From Blochmannia endosymbiont of Camponotus modoc (GTDB lineage Bacteria; Pseudomonadota; Gammaproteobacteria; Enterobacterales; Enterobacteriaceae), in assembly GCF_023585785.1 (NCBI RefSeq), contig NZ_CP097765.1:330001-362000 (forward strand): a DNA stretch of 32,000 nucleotides. Reading direction: 5' to 3'. The translations under genes were made by a program, and so were the position numbers. The notes beneath the pieces are model-generated. The model had not been told where the DNA came from. It was given only the letters and a program-made list of their open reading frames with translations, and searched no databases. Each line of letters starts with the position of its first letter. Position 1 is the first letter of the stretch. Positions 20,554 to 29,656 of this stretch are shown piece after piece.

Positions 20554-21297
20554 ATGAAACGTATTCAATACTATATAACGACAATATTAATTATTAGTAT
20601 CATTATGATTTCTTATACCTCTGCTTCTGTTAACATTTTAAATGATGCTACTTATAATCTTTACAAATCCGCTCAAAACAAATTATATAACGCTGATTAT
20701 AAAGAAGCTACACAGGATTTGATAAATTTACTAAATTTATATTTATTAGACCCTTGTCCGCAACAAATTTATTTAGACTTAATTTATGCTTATTACAAAT
20801 TAAACGATTTAAAATCCGCAAATAATTATATAAAACATTTTTTTAAATTATACCCTAATCATAAACATTTTGATTATGTATTATACATGCATGGCGTAAT
20901 CAACATGTGCTTAGATGAAGATAATAAAAAATTAATAAAACATTTAAATATAAATTGGTTTGATCGTAATCCCATGTATGCATGCATAGCATTCCATACC
21001 TTTGTAAAACTTATACGCCAATATCCAGATAGTCAATATTCTGTAGATGCTTACAAACGTTTAATTTTTTTAAAAAATAGAATAGCTGAATATGAACTTT
21101 CTATTGTGAAATTTTATTCTAAAAAACATGCTTATATATCAGTAATAGCTCGTGCAAAAAAAATGTTATATCACTTTCCAGATACTCAAGCAACCCGTAA
21201 AGCACTGTATTATATGCAGCAAGCATATCAAAATATACATTTGCCAGATCAAGCTAACAAAGTAGCAAAAATCATTGCTGCTAATCCAGTATATTAA
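20554..21297 (+). CDS. bamD: Outer-membrane protein assembly factor BamD (YfiO), apparently without a lipobox cysteine
   Basis: 247-aa ORF, collinear with E. coli BamD: ..LY.SAQ.KL.., ..QQ..LDLIYAYYK..DL.., ..YP.SQY..DA.KRL.FLK.R.A.YE.S.., ..KVAKIIAAN... It is divergent from rluD as in E. coli. Confidence 0.9.
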   Translation: MKRIQYYITTILIISIIMISYTSASVNILNDATYNLYKSAQNKLYNADYKEATQDLINLLNLYLLDPCPQQIYLDLIYAYYKLNDLKSANNYIKHFFKLYPNHKHFDYVLYMHGVINMCLDEDNKKLIKHLNINWFDRNPMYACIAFHTFVKLIRQYPDSQYSVDAYKRLIFLKNRIAEYELSIVKFYSKKHAYISVIARAKKMLYHFPDTQATRKALYYMQQAYQNIHLPDQANKVAKIIAANPVY

Positions 21298-21535
21298 ATA
21301 TATACTTTTATAAGTATAATATCTATATCTATATCTATTTTTGTAGATACCATATGATTGATACAATGTTTAAAATATGTATTAATTAAATTAATAATAT
21401 AATATAAATAAGGAATATGATATTCATTTATATAAATAAATATCAATTTATAATGATACTGCTGATACTACGGCAACCGCAATTATCTAAAAATATTAGA
21501 TTTGAATATTAAATATTACGGTAATAATTTTTGTT

Positions 21536-22432
21536 ATGATTTACAAATCTATAGTGCATATAGCATTTTTGGGTCCTAAGGGATCATATTCTCACATTGC
21601 CGCTATGCAATATGCTAGTAGCCGTCATTTTAATCAAATAGTAGAGCATAGCTGTCGAAGATTTGATGATATTTTTAATTTAGTAGAATGTGATCATGCA
21701 GAATATGGTGTAGTTCCCATTGAAAATTCTAATTCTGGATTAATTGATGAAGTAGGTGATTTATTACTAAAAACCCGATTGTTGTTAGTAGATGAAATTA
21801 CTATTCCTATAAAACATTGTATTTTAGTTAATAATCATACTAATATAAATCAAATTCAAATTATATACAGTCATCCTCAACCCGTTCAACAATGCAGTGA
21901 ATTTTTAAAACATTTCTCGGCATGGAAAATTGTATTCTGTGAAAGTAGCGCAGTTGCCATGGAAACAGTATCTAAATTAAATCAATCTAATTTAGGAGCT
22001 TTAGGCAATAAGCAAGGAGGCCAATTTTATGGATTGCATTCACTATTAACATATAATCTTTCTAATTCTCATAAAAATACAACCAGATTTATTGTTTTAA
22101 AAAATACAAATATTGCAGTTTTTAATCATTCTATAGCCACAAAAACCATTCTTATTATCTCTATTAAAGGGCAATCAGAGAAATTATGCGAAATATTAAA
22201 AGTATTACAATTTTACAATACTAAAATAACTTATTTAAGACCACGTCTTTTATCATACGAAAGACTGAGAAACATAGTGATTATTGAAATGATGGCACAC
22301 ATAAATAATGTATACATACAACATATTCTTATAGAATTACAAAAAATTGCCTATTCATTAAAAATATTAGGTTGTTATCAAGTGACGCCGCCTACTGATG
22401 TAATTTTCCATTATCATGGAAAATTGTTATAA
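21536..22432 (+). CDS. pheA: Prephenate dehydratase (PDT + ACT domains only; the chorismate mutase domain of bifunctional P-protein is absent)
   Basis: 298-aa ORF that aligns with E. coli PheA from about residue 100 (IAFLGPKGSYSH.AA.QYA.., ..VPIENS.SG.I.., ..YSHPQP.QQCS.FL.., ..TRF.VL.., ..LGCY). An in-frame stop lies only 11 codons upstream of the ATG. Confidence 0.9.
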   Translation: MIYKSIVHIAFLGPKGSYSHIAAMQYASSRHFNQIVEHSCRRFDDIFNLVECDHAEYGVVPIENSNSGLIDEVGDLLLKTRLLLVDEITIPIKHCILVNNHTNINQIQIIYSHPQPVQQCSEFLKHFSAWKIVFCESSAVAMETVSKLNQSNLGALGNKQGGQFYGLHSLLTYNLSNSHKNTTRFIVLKNTNIAVFNHSIATKTILIISIKGQSEKLCEILKVLQFYNTKITYLRPRLLSYERLRNIVIIEMMAHINNVYIQHILIELQKIAYSLKILGCYQVTPPTDVIFHYHGKLL

Positions 22433-22664
22433 TTATATGTTATATAACTATATTATTTGAAAGATAAATACAAAAAATAATAGATATGTAATCGTATAAT
22501 GCCATTTCAAAAATATTAAAAAACAAATACACACATTAGTATACGAAATAAATATTCAAATTAAAAATTATCTTATATAGAAAACTTTTGGATCTAAATA
22601 AATATAATTTAATCAAAAAATTTATTAAATATTATTACAATAATTATTAAAATTATTATTTGCG

Positions 22665-23792
22665 TTATACATTATCTTTATAATTATTAATTTGACGTAA
22701 TATTTTACGACTTTCTTCCAAAAAAAGATCAGTATATGAACCAAACCAATTTTGAATTTTTTTAAATTGATCAATAAATTCTTGTTTTTTATTCCGTTCT
22801 AATAATATCAAAATCCTACCTAATCTTCTATAATAACGTTTAATTAATATAAGATTGTTTTCTGAATTCATGATGATGTCCGCATATAACTGAGGATCTT
22901 GAGCAAATAATCTCCCTATTGTTATTAGTTTTAATCGAAATGTTGGCGAAGAAATAGACAGCATTTGTTTTAAATTAACGTTTTCTTTTGAAAAATAATA
23001 TCCAGTTACAAAAGTAATAAAATGACATAATCCTTGCATAATACTCATATATTGATCATGTTCTGTTGTATTGCAGAAATGTAACCTTGCACCCCACAAT
23101 TGTATTTGATCTAGTACCCATTGATACGATTCTGGATAACGTCCTTCGCAGTAAATTACTACTTGTTTTACCATACTTCCATGGTCTGGGTTGAACATAG
23201 GATGTAATCCTAATACTGGACCACTATGTATGGCTAATATAGCGTTTAAGGATATTTTTTTTACAGATGATAAATCTACTATAATACAGTTTGGAGATAA
23301 ATATGATAATTTACTAACTACATCAATAACTGAATGAACAGGAACGCTGATTATCACCATACCGGCATCTGTCAGAATTGATTTTGCATGTACCCAATCA
23401 TCTTTATCTAAAATTCTTACTTTATATCCAGATAAAGTCAACATTTTAGAAAAAAATTGCCCCATTCGCCCTTTTCCACCAATTATAACAACTGGGCCTA
23501 AATTTGGATGTAACGTTTTAAATCCTTTTTCATTCTCATTATAATAAGATTCACTTATAATACGACGCAATATATCTTCTACTAAATCTGGAGAAATACC
23601 TAATTTTAATGCTTCTCGCCTCCGACAGGCAACCAGCATTTCTTCTCTATCTGGTGAATAAATAAACAATCCGTAACGACTTTTTATTTCTCCTACTTCA
23701 GAGACTAAAGAAAGTCGTTTAGATAATAACTTTAATAAATTCTGATCTATTTTATCGATGCTGTTTCGCAAAATATTTAGTTCCTTTGTCAT
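22665..23792 (-). CDS. tyrA: Bifunctional chorismate mutase / prephenate dehydrogenase (T-protein)
   Basis: 375-aa ORF, collinear with E. coli TyrA (373 aa). The N-terminal CM domain is included (..LR..ID..D..LL.LL.KRL.LV.EVGE.KSR.GL.IY.P.RE..). Also ..GARLH.., ..[26 protein letters not shown]... Confidence 0.95.
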   Translation of the reverse strand: MTKELNILRNSIDKIDQNLLKLLSKRLSLVSEVGEIKSRYGLFIYSPDREEMLVACRRREALKLGISPDLVEDILRRIISESYYNENEKGFKTLHPNLGPVVIIGGKGRMGQFFSKMLTLSGYKVRILDKDDWVHAKSILTDAGMVIISVPVHSVIDVVSKLSYLSPNCIIVDLSSVKKISLNAILAIHSGPVLGLHPMFNPDHGSMVKQVVIYCEGRYPESYQWVLDQIQLWGARLHFCNTTEHDQYMSIMQGLCHFITFVTGYYFSKENVNLKQMLSISSPTFRLKLITIGRLFAQDPQLYADIIMNSENNLILIKRYYRRLGRILILLERNKKQEFIDQFKKIQNWFGSYTDLFLEESRKILRQINNYKDNV

Positions 23793-24874
23793 ACCATTCC
23801 AGCTCCTGATATACGATTGATAAGAAATGGTTTTAATTCTTTATGCAAATCATACAGTAAGTGTTTGGTTGTTTTCCAATCTATACACGCATCGGTAACT
23901 GATACTCCGTATTGCGTTATAGAAGATGATAAATTTATAGATTGATTACCAGAATAAATATAACTTTCAATCATCAATCCAATAATAGAACGGTTTCCAT
24001 ATTTAATTTGATGTGAAACGGACCGTGCTACATCAATTTGGCGACGATAATCTTTGTTAGAATTACCATGACTGCAATCTACCATTAATGCTAAAGGCAA
24101 TCCTGCTTCTGTTATTTTTGTTTCACAACCAATAATATCTTCCGGATAATAATTAGGATTTTCTCCTCCTCGTAAAATTATATGAGCATTAAGATTACCT
24201 TTAGTATGCAGTGAACATACCTGACCAGATTGATTGATGCTAATGTAACGATGAGGCATCATTGCAGCATGTATCGCGTTAACTGCATTATTAAAATTTC
24301 CGCTAGTGCTATTTTTAAATCCTACAGGCGTACACAATCCAGAAGCTATTTCTCGATGTATTTGAGACTCCGTAGTACGCGCTCCAATAGATGACCAACT
24401 GAAGAGCTCTCCAATGTATTGTGGAATATATGGATTTAATACTTCAGTAGCAAGTGGTAACCCAATTTTTATTAATTTCACCAACATATGTCGAGCAGTC
24501 TTTAAACCTAATTCAATATCGTTGGAGCCATTCATATTCGGATCGTTAATTAATCCTTTCCAACCAATACTAGTACGAGGTTTTTCTAAATATACACGCA
24601 TAACGATATATAATTGATCCTGCAATTCTGTTGATAAAGTTTTTAATTTATCAGCGTAATCAAAAGTAGCATTGACATCATGAATAGAACAAGGACCACA
24701 TATCACCAGTAGGCGCGGATCGCGTCTATGAATAATATTCATAATTATATTTTGAGAATCCGCAATGGTTTTCTGTTCCAAATCTGTTACAGGAAATTGA
24801 GTTTTTAATTGCTCAGGAGTAATTATTGAATATGTGTTATTGACATAAATACTATTACGTTCTTTTTTCTGCAT
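23789..24874 (-). CDS. aroF: 3-deoxy-7-phosphoheptulonate (DAHP) synthase, class I. It is called aroF on synteny with tyrA; isozyme specificity is not provable from sequence.
   Basis: 361-aa ORF, collinear with E. coli AroF: ..[15 protein letters not shown].., ..[16 protein letters not shown].., ..[16 protein letters not shown].., ..[11 protein letters not shown]... The stop overlaps the tyrA start (ATGA). Confidence 0.92.
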   Translation of the reverse strand: MQKKERNSIYVNNTYSIITPEQLKTQFPVTDLEQKTIADSQNIIMNIIHRRDPRLLVICGPCSIHDVNATFDYADKLKTLSTELQDQLYIVMRVYLEKPRTSIGWKGLINDPNMNGSNDIELGLKTARHMLVKLIKIGLPLATEVLNPYIPQYIGELFSWSSIGARTTESQIHREIASGLCTPVGFKNSTSGNFNNAVNAIHAAMMPHRYISINQSGQVCSLHTKGNLNAHIILRGGENPNYYPEDIIGCETKITEAGLPLALMVDCSHGNSNKDYRRQIDVARSVSHQIKYGNRSIIGLMIESYIYSGNQSINLSSSITQYGVSVTDACIDWKTTKHLLYDLHKELKPFLINRISGAGMV

Positions 24875-24946
24875 ATTATTATCCTTAATATAATTAAGTA
24901 TTATATAATAAATTCATGAAACTAAAATGATCATTAAAAAAAATAA

Positions 24947-24979
24947 TTATATATATATCATATTATGATATATATATAA
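24947..24979. repeat. Perfect inverted repeat (15-bp arms TTATATATATATCAT/ATGATATATATATAA, 3-nt loop), 73-105 nt upstream of the aroF start. Function unknown.
   Basis: Read directly from the sequence; the arms are exact reverse complements. Almost entirely A/T. Confidence 0.6.
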
Positions 24980-25365
24980 AACTAATGTAAATATAGTTTT
25001 ATATTATTATTGTCAATAAATTATTATAAGTTGATTAACTGAGTTACATTTAATTTTTGAATTTATATGAGATTCTGTTAACAATATAAACACACGTATC
25101 TGTGTAAATGTATTATTACTCATCCACTACATAGTATGGAATGTAGTTTTTAAAATTTTAATACATAATATTATACTATTTTAATGATGCATGACTTTTT
25201 AAAAATTTAAATATTAAAATATTTTAAATTAATTAATTATATTATGAAAAATAAATATATTAAATGATTATGAAAATCGCTTACAATCAACAAAATGATT
25301 ATAAAATTCTAAAAGATTAATATATGTATTAAGCTTATATTAAATTACTTTTAACAAAAAATGTA

Positions 25366-25716
25366 TCATGGATTCATACGTACTTTGATTCGCGCTGATT
25401 TTCCGCTAAGATTACGTAAATAATATAACTTAGCACGACGAACGATACCAAATCGTTTAATTTTAATCTCTTCAATCACAGGAGAATGTGATTGAAATAC
25501 TCGTTCTACGCCCTCTCCACTAGAAATTTTCCTTACAGTAAACGCAGAATGTAATCCACGGTTTTTAATAGAAATAACTACGCCTTCAAAAATTTGTAGG
25601 CGTTTTTTGCTACCTTCAATGACCCATGTTTTCACTTCCACTGTATCACCTGGATGTAAGTGCGGTATGTTTTTTTTCATTTGTTTTTTTTCGAAATTAT
25701 TTATTGATTCGTACAT
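25366..25716 (-). CDS. rplS: 50S ribosomal protein L19
   Basis: 116-aa ORF with ..[58 protein letters not shown].., matching E. coli L19. Confidence 0.97.
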   Translation of the reverse strand: MYESINNFEKKQMKKNIPHLHPGDTVEVKTWVIEGSKKRLQIFEGVVISIKNRGLHSAFTVRKISSGEGVERVFQSHSPVIEEIKIKRFGIVRRAKLYYLRNLSGKSARIKVRMNP

Positions 25717-25721
25717 ATATA

Positions 25722-26489
25722 TTATTTCCTAGTTTTTTTATTTAATGATAACAAGTATTCATTTTTAAATTCAGAAAGTAAATTTTTTTCCTCATCAGTT
25801 AATTGTGTATCATTAAGTAAATCCGGTCTTTTAATCCAAGTGCAACCCAAAGCTTGTTTTTGTTTCCAACGATGAATTTCATCATGATTTCCTGATAATA
25901 ATACCGACGGTACTTTCATACCATCAAAAGTTCCTGGTCGTGTATAATGTGGACAATCTAATCTTCCTTTGGAGAAAGAATCTGATTCTTTTGAATCTTG
26001 ATTTCCTAATACGCCAGGCAGAACTCTAGATATCGTATCTATTAATACCATTGCGGCTAACTCTCCTCCGCTAAGTATATAATCTCCTATAGACCACTCT
26101 TCGTCAATTTCCGTTTGAATTAATCTTTCATCAATGCCTTGATATCTACCACAAACTAAAATTAATTTTTGATGATCATATGCTAACTTATATACATATT
26201 TCTGCTTTAGCTTTTTTCCTTGAGGAGAAAGATAAATTACTTTAATATTATTTCCTAATTCATCTTTTGCTTGATTGATTGCATTTCTCAATGGTTCAAT
26301 CATCATTAACATGCCCGGTCCTCCTCCATAGGGACGGGCATCTACGCTGTGGTGTCGATCATATGTAAATACGCGTGGATTCCACAATTTTATGGAAAGA
26401 ATACCCCTTCGAATTGATCGACCTACTATTCCATAACGAACAATAGACTGAAACATATCTGGGAATAAAGTAATCACACCTAATAACAT
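25722..26489 (-). CDS. trmD: tRNA (guanine37-N1)-methyltransferase
   Basis: 255-aa ORF, same length as E. coli TrmD, with ..ITLFPDMF.., ..[12 protein letters not shown].., ..CGRY.GIDERL.., ..SIGDY.LSGGE..AM.LID... Confidence 0.96.
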   Translation of the reverse strand: MLLGVITLFPDMFQSIVRYGIVGRSIRRGILSIKLWNPRVFTYDRHHSVDARPYGGGPGMLMMIEPLRNAINQAKDELGNNIKVIYLSPQGKKLKQKYVYKLAYDHQKLILVCGRYQGIDERLIQTEIDEEWSIGDYILSGGELAAMVLIDTISRVLPGVLGNQDSKESDSFSKGRLDCPHYTRPGTFDGMKVPSVLLSGNHDEIHRWKQKQALGCTWIKRPDLLNDTQLTDEEKNLLSEFKNEYLLSLNKKTRK

Positions 26490-26515
26490 ATTTTTTTATA
26501 CTTTATTTTAAAAAG

Positions 26516-27085
26516 TTAAAAATTAGGATCCCAATCTACGGTAACAATACGTGCAACAAGATTAATATTTTTAATGACTCTCTTGATAAGAAAAGGAATA
26601 AGGCAATTTTTGATTTTACAAAGATTATATTGACACATTTTTACTACCAAAACATCATTTGCTGTAGTTTCTATTATACTGATAATATCTCCTAAAAGAA
26701 CGCCCTGTACAGTGATTACTACACATCCTATTAAATCTTTCCAATAATATTCATCATCATTGATACATGGAAATTGTGTTTCATCAATAATAATATTGCA
26801 ACGACTTAATGACCGAGCAGAATCTCTATTTGAGATTCCTCGTATTTTAACAATATAATGTTTTCCAATTAGTTTCCATTTATCTAAAAAAATTTCTTTC
26901 CATGTAGACTGAACTATAGTAAAATACGGACTATAATAAAACATATTATCATTGTTTTCGGTAAATGATATCACCCGTACCCACCCTAATATGCCATATG
27001 CACCTATTATTCTTCCTATTACTACGGGAAGAAGGGGCGGGGTCATAACAGCTTCTTTATCTATTGAATACTCATCATGTTTCAT
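26516..27085 (-). CDS. rimM: Ribosome maturation factor RimM (alternative start at the ATG at 27049)
   Basis: 189-aa ORF with ..G.YGI.GW.RV.SFTE.., ..YYW.DLIGC.V.., ..NDVLVVK.., ..VDWDP.F, matching E. coli RimM. ATGA overlap with the rpsP stop. Confidence 0.92.
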   Translation of the reverse strand: MKHDEYSIDKEAVMTPPLLPVVIGRIIGAYGILGWVRVISFTENNDNMFYYSPYFTIVQSTWKEIFLDKWKLIGKHYIVKIRGISNRDSARSLSRCNIIIDETQFPCINDDEYYWKDLIGCVVITVQGVLLGDIISIIETTANDVLVVKMCQYNLCKIKNCLIPFLIKRVIKNINLVARIVTVDWDPNF

Positions 27086-27318
27086 AAATTCTTTATTAAT
27101 TTTAAAACACGATCAGATGGACTCGCTCCTTTGTGCAACCAATATTTTACACGTTCTGTATTTACACGTAATCCTGTGCGATTCCCAAATGTAATTGGGT
27201 TGAAAAATCCAACACGTTCAATAAAACGACCATCGCGTGCATTTCTACTGTCAGTAATAACTATGTGATAAAAAGGAGTTTTTTTATGACCTCCCCGTGC
27301 TAATCTAATTCTTACCAT
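27082..27318 (-). CDS. rpsP: 30S ribosomal protein S16
   Basis: 78-aa ORF starting [41 protein letters not shown], matching E. coli S16. Confidence 0.97.
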   Translation of the reverse strand: MVRIRLARGGHKKTPFYHIVITDSRNARDGRFIERVGFFNPITFGNRTGLRVNTERVKYWLHKGASPSDRVLKLIKNL

Positions 27319-27410
27319 AAGTATGTAACCTTAAATTAATAACCAAAAAACCAATAGACTCATAATCAAGACTATGTATATATCTACCGATTTCAACAAT
27401 AAAATATTTT

Positions 27411-28772
27411 TTAATTAATTGTAAATTTAGATGATATTTTATTTTTTAATGTACGTATCATGCGAAATATTTCATTTTTATTTATTTTTTGTATTGTAAT
27501 ACGTATATGATTAAACGTATTCAGTAACTTTGTGACATCCTGTACATGTACTCCAGAGCCATTAGCAATACGCTTCTTTCTAGATCCAGTAATTATTTTT
27601 GGATTCACACGTTCTTTCACAGTCATAGAGTTAATTATGGCTTCCATACGTACGAATGTATTGTCATGAGTATATGATTGAATACTCTCTAAGTTCACTC
27701 CTAGATTAAGAGGTAATTTACTTATTATTTTATTAATTCCTCCCATGCTACGTATTTGTTTTATATAACCTAAAAAATCATATAAATTAAAGTCTACACT
27801 GTTTTTATTAATATATTTTTTTTCTTTAACCCATTTTGATTGGTTATCAATATCTTCGATTAATGAAAGTATATCTCCCATTCCAAGTATGCGTCCAGCT
27901 ATTCTGTATGAATTGAAAGGTTCTAATGCATCAATTCTTTCTCCTGTTCCTATGAATTTTATGGGTTTTCCGGTAAGATATTTAATAGATAAAGCCACGC
28001 CTCCACGTGAATCCCCATCTAATTTAGTTAAAATAATCCCGGTTAATGGCAAAGTTTTACTGAACACATTTATACTATTAATAGCTACTTGTCCAATCAT
28101 AGAATCTACAATGAATAAAGTTTCTATTGGATTAACCAAGCTATGCATTTCAGATAGTTCTGAAAGTAAATAATCATCTGTATCTAAGCAACCAGCAGTA
28201 TCTATTAACAAAACATCATAAGATAATGATCTTGACATAATGGATGCTGCTTTCAGTATATCAATTGGTTTATTTTGAACATTACAATCTTCAAAAAAAA
28301 TTATATCTTCAGATTTTATCAATGATTTTAATTGTTGCACGCCTGCCGGTCTGTACACATCAGTTGATGCCACTAATATTTTTTTATTTTTTTTTATTTT
28401 TAAAAATTTCGCAAGTTTTCCGGTAGTAGTAGTTTTTCCAGACCCTTGCGCACCTACCATTAATATTATTGATGGTATTTGAGTGTTTAAATTTAAATCA
28501 TTTGATCCTTCTCCCATAATTTTTACTAAAGAGGCATGCATAATTTTAATAAATTCTTGACCTGGAGTTAAATGTTTGTTTATATTGCTTCCTATTATAC
28601 CTTCTTTAACTGTATTAACAAAACCATGTACTACGGGTAATGCTACATCTCCTTCTAATAAGGCAATCTTAACCATATTTAAAGTTTCTTTAATATTGTT
28701 TTCTGTTAAACGCCCAGAACCAACAATATTACGTATTGATTGTGATATTTTATTGGATAAGTTTTTAAACAT
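27411..28772 (-). CDS. ffh: Signal recognition particle protein Ffh
   Basis: 453-aa ORF, same length as E. coli Ffh. It has the NG domain (GAQGSGKTTTTGKLA, DTAG, TKLDGDSRGG) and the M domain. It lies upstream of rpsP as in E. coli. Confidence 0.96.
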   Translation of the reverse strand: MFKNLSNKISQSIRNIVGSGRLTENNIKETLNMVKIALLEGDVALPVVHGFVNTVKEGIIGSNINKHLTPGQEFIKIMHASLVKIMGEGSNDLNLNTQIPSIILMVGAQGSGKTTTTGKLAKFLKIKKNKKILVASTDVYRPAGVQQLKSLIKSEDIIFFEDCNVQNKPIDILKAASIMSRSLSYDVLLIDTAGCLDTDDYLLSELSEMHSLVNPIETLFIVDSMIGQVAINSINVFSKTLPLTGIILTKLDGDSRGGVALSIKYLTGKPIKFIGTGERIDALEPFNSYRIAGRILGMGDILSLIEDIDNQSKWVKEKKYINKNSVDFNLYDFLGYIKQIRSMGGINKIISKLPLNLGVNLESIQSYTHDNTFVRMEAIINSMTVKERVNPKIITGSRKKRIANGSGVHVQDVTKLLNTFNHIRITIQKINKNEIFRMIRTLKNKISSKFTIN

Positions 28773-28861
28773 CTCTATGACTCAAAATCAAAGCAAACAC
28801 ACGAATAAATTTATTATATATTCACACTGAATCAGAATAAACACAATCTTTAATATTCCTA

Positions 28862-28898
28862 TTTTTTCATTGCAATGAAAAAAATTGTTTTTACAATT
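28862..28898. terminator. Two adjacent AT-rich hairpins between the tRNA-Arg 3' end and the ffh upstream region. They may be a terminator or insulator for the serV-argV transcript.
   Basis: 28862-28883 is a perfect 22-bp palindrome, TTTTTTCATTGCAATGAAAAAA. 28883-28898 is AATTGT-TTTT-ACAATT. Both are flanked by T/A runs. The stems are A/T-rich, so they are thermodynamically weak. Confidence 0.25.
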
Positions 28899-28944
28899 AA
28901 TTAATTAAATTTTTTACTATTCAATAATTTTAAATAACACACAA

Positions 28945-29018
28945 TACACCCGAGAGGATTCGAACCTCCGATCGCTCGGTTCGTAGCCGAGTGCTCTGTC
29001 CAATTGAGCTACGGGTGC
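28945..29018 (-). tRNA. argV: tRNA-Arg (anticodon ACG), 74 nt, no encoded CCA
   Basis: The reverse complement GCACCCGTAGCTCAATTGGACAGAGCACTCGGCTACGAACCGAGCGATCGGAGGTTCGAATCCTCTCGGGTGTA closely resembles E. coli tRNA-Arg(ACG). The anticodon loop is CTACGAA. Confidence 0.92.
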
Positions 29019-29038
29019 ATCGTCAGCTACTAACATAA

Positions 29039-29130
29039 CAGTGAGGGAGGGATTTGAACCCTCGACACAGTGTTAAGAACCATATACTCCCTTAGCAGGG
29101 GAGTGCCTTCAGCCACTCGGCCACCTCACT
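29039..29130 (-). tRNA. serV: tRNA-Ser (anticodon GCU), 92 nt with long variable arm, no encoded CCA
   Basis: The reverse complement is AGTGAGGTGGCCGAGTGGCTGAAGGCACTCCCCTGCTAAGGGAGTATATGGTTCTTAACACTGTGTCGAGGGTTCAAATCCCTCCCTCACTG. The anticodon loop is CTGCTAA. The csrA-serV-argV order matches E. coli. Confidence 0.9.
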
Positions 29131-29283
29131 GAATTCCTATTCAGTCCAATTATTGGCTATTTTGTTCTTTCTTATGATCAAAAACTCTTTGTTACATTAC
29201 GTTGTTTTTATGTAATTTACAACTAAATTTTTTAATCATAAAATTACTATGTTTAGAAATTTATTTCAAAAAAAATAATAAAT

Positions 29284-29469
29284 TTAGCACAAATTCTGTT
29301 CTAATTTTTCAGCTTTGATACGTTGATAAATTTCTTCTCGGTGTATAGATATCTCCTTGGGAGCATTTACACCAATACGGACTTGGTTCCCTTTAATACC
29401 TAATACAGTTACTGTAACCTCATCTCCAATGACGAGAGTTTCACCAACTCGTCGAGTCAGAATAAGCAT
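29284..29469 (-). CDS. csrA: Carbon storage regulator / translational repressor CsrA
   Basis: 61-aa [58 protein letters not shown].., almost identical to E. coli CsrA. AAGGAG lies upstream. Confidence 0.97.
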   Translation of the reverse strand: MLILTRRVGETLVIGDEVTVTVLGIKGNQVRIGVNAPKEISIHREEIYQRIKAEKLEQNLC

Positions 29470-29656
29470 TCTTTACTCCTTGAAAAATTCAAATAACCGA
29501 ACTTCTTAAATTTTACTGTTTTTAAAATTTCCTAACAACATGAAATAAACATCTGCATATGATATTTATGCTTTTGTAAAATTTTAGCGCACCACTTTAA
29601 GAACGCATTAATAACTTTTTATTTTAAAACAACTTTTAATATAATTGTGCAATTAT

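Noticed and set aside
21166-21366. 66-aa minus-strand ORF (MYQSYGIYKNRYRYRYY..) and the (ATATCT)x3 microsatellite at 21319-21338
   Set aside because: The ORF overlaps the 3' end of bamD in antisense and is driven by the short AT repeat. Three copies of a hexamer in AT-rich spacer is not remarkable.
21453-21512. 19-codon ORF (MILLILRQPQLSKNIRFEY) upstream of pheA, considered as a pheL-like attenuation leader or a remnant of the CM-domain C-terminus
   Set aside because: It has no run of Phe codons and no terminator/antiterminator pair that I could find. Its resemblance to ..LLQQHLNKI.. of E. coli PheA is only about 4 of 10 residues, with the wrong spacing and frame. It is mentioned only as a possible remnant.
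24986-25003. TyrR-box-like TGTAAA-N6-TTTATA upstream of aroF
   Set aside because: This is an 11 of 12 match to TGTAAA-N6-TTTACA. The motif is AT-rich, the spacer is about 85% A+T, and reduced symbionts usually lack tyrR. Chance occurrence is the default explanation.
14343-28830. Antisense track ORFs inside birA, clpB, rluD, aroF, rimM/rpsP and ffh: 14343-14615, 16991-17209, 17513-17749, 18335-18592, 20083-20325, 24414-24617, 26952-27194, 27077-27268, 27889-28173, 28244-28426 and 28576-28830.
   Set aside because: Same reasoning as above. They are fully nested opposite well-supported conserved genes, have no start context and no family resemblance.
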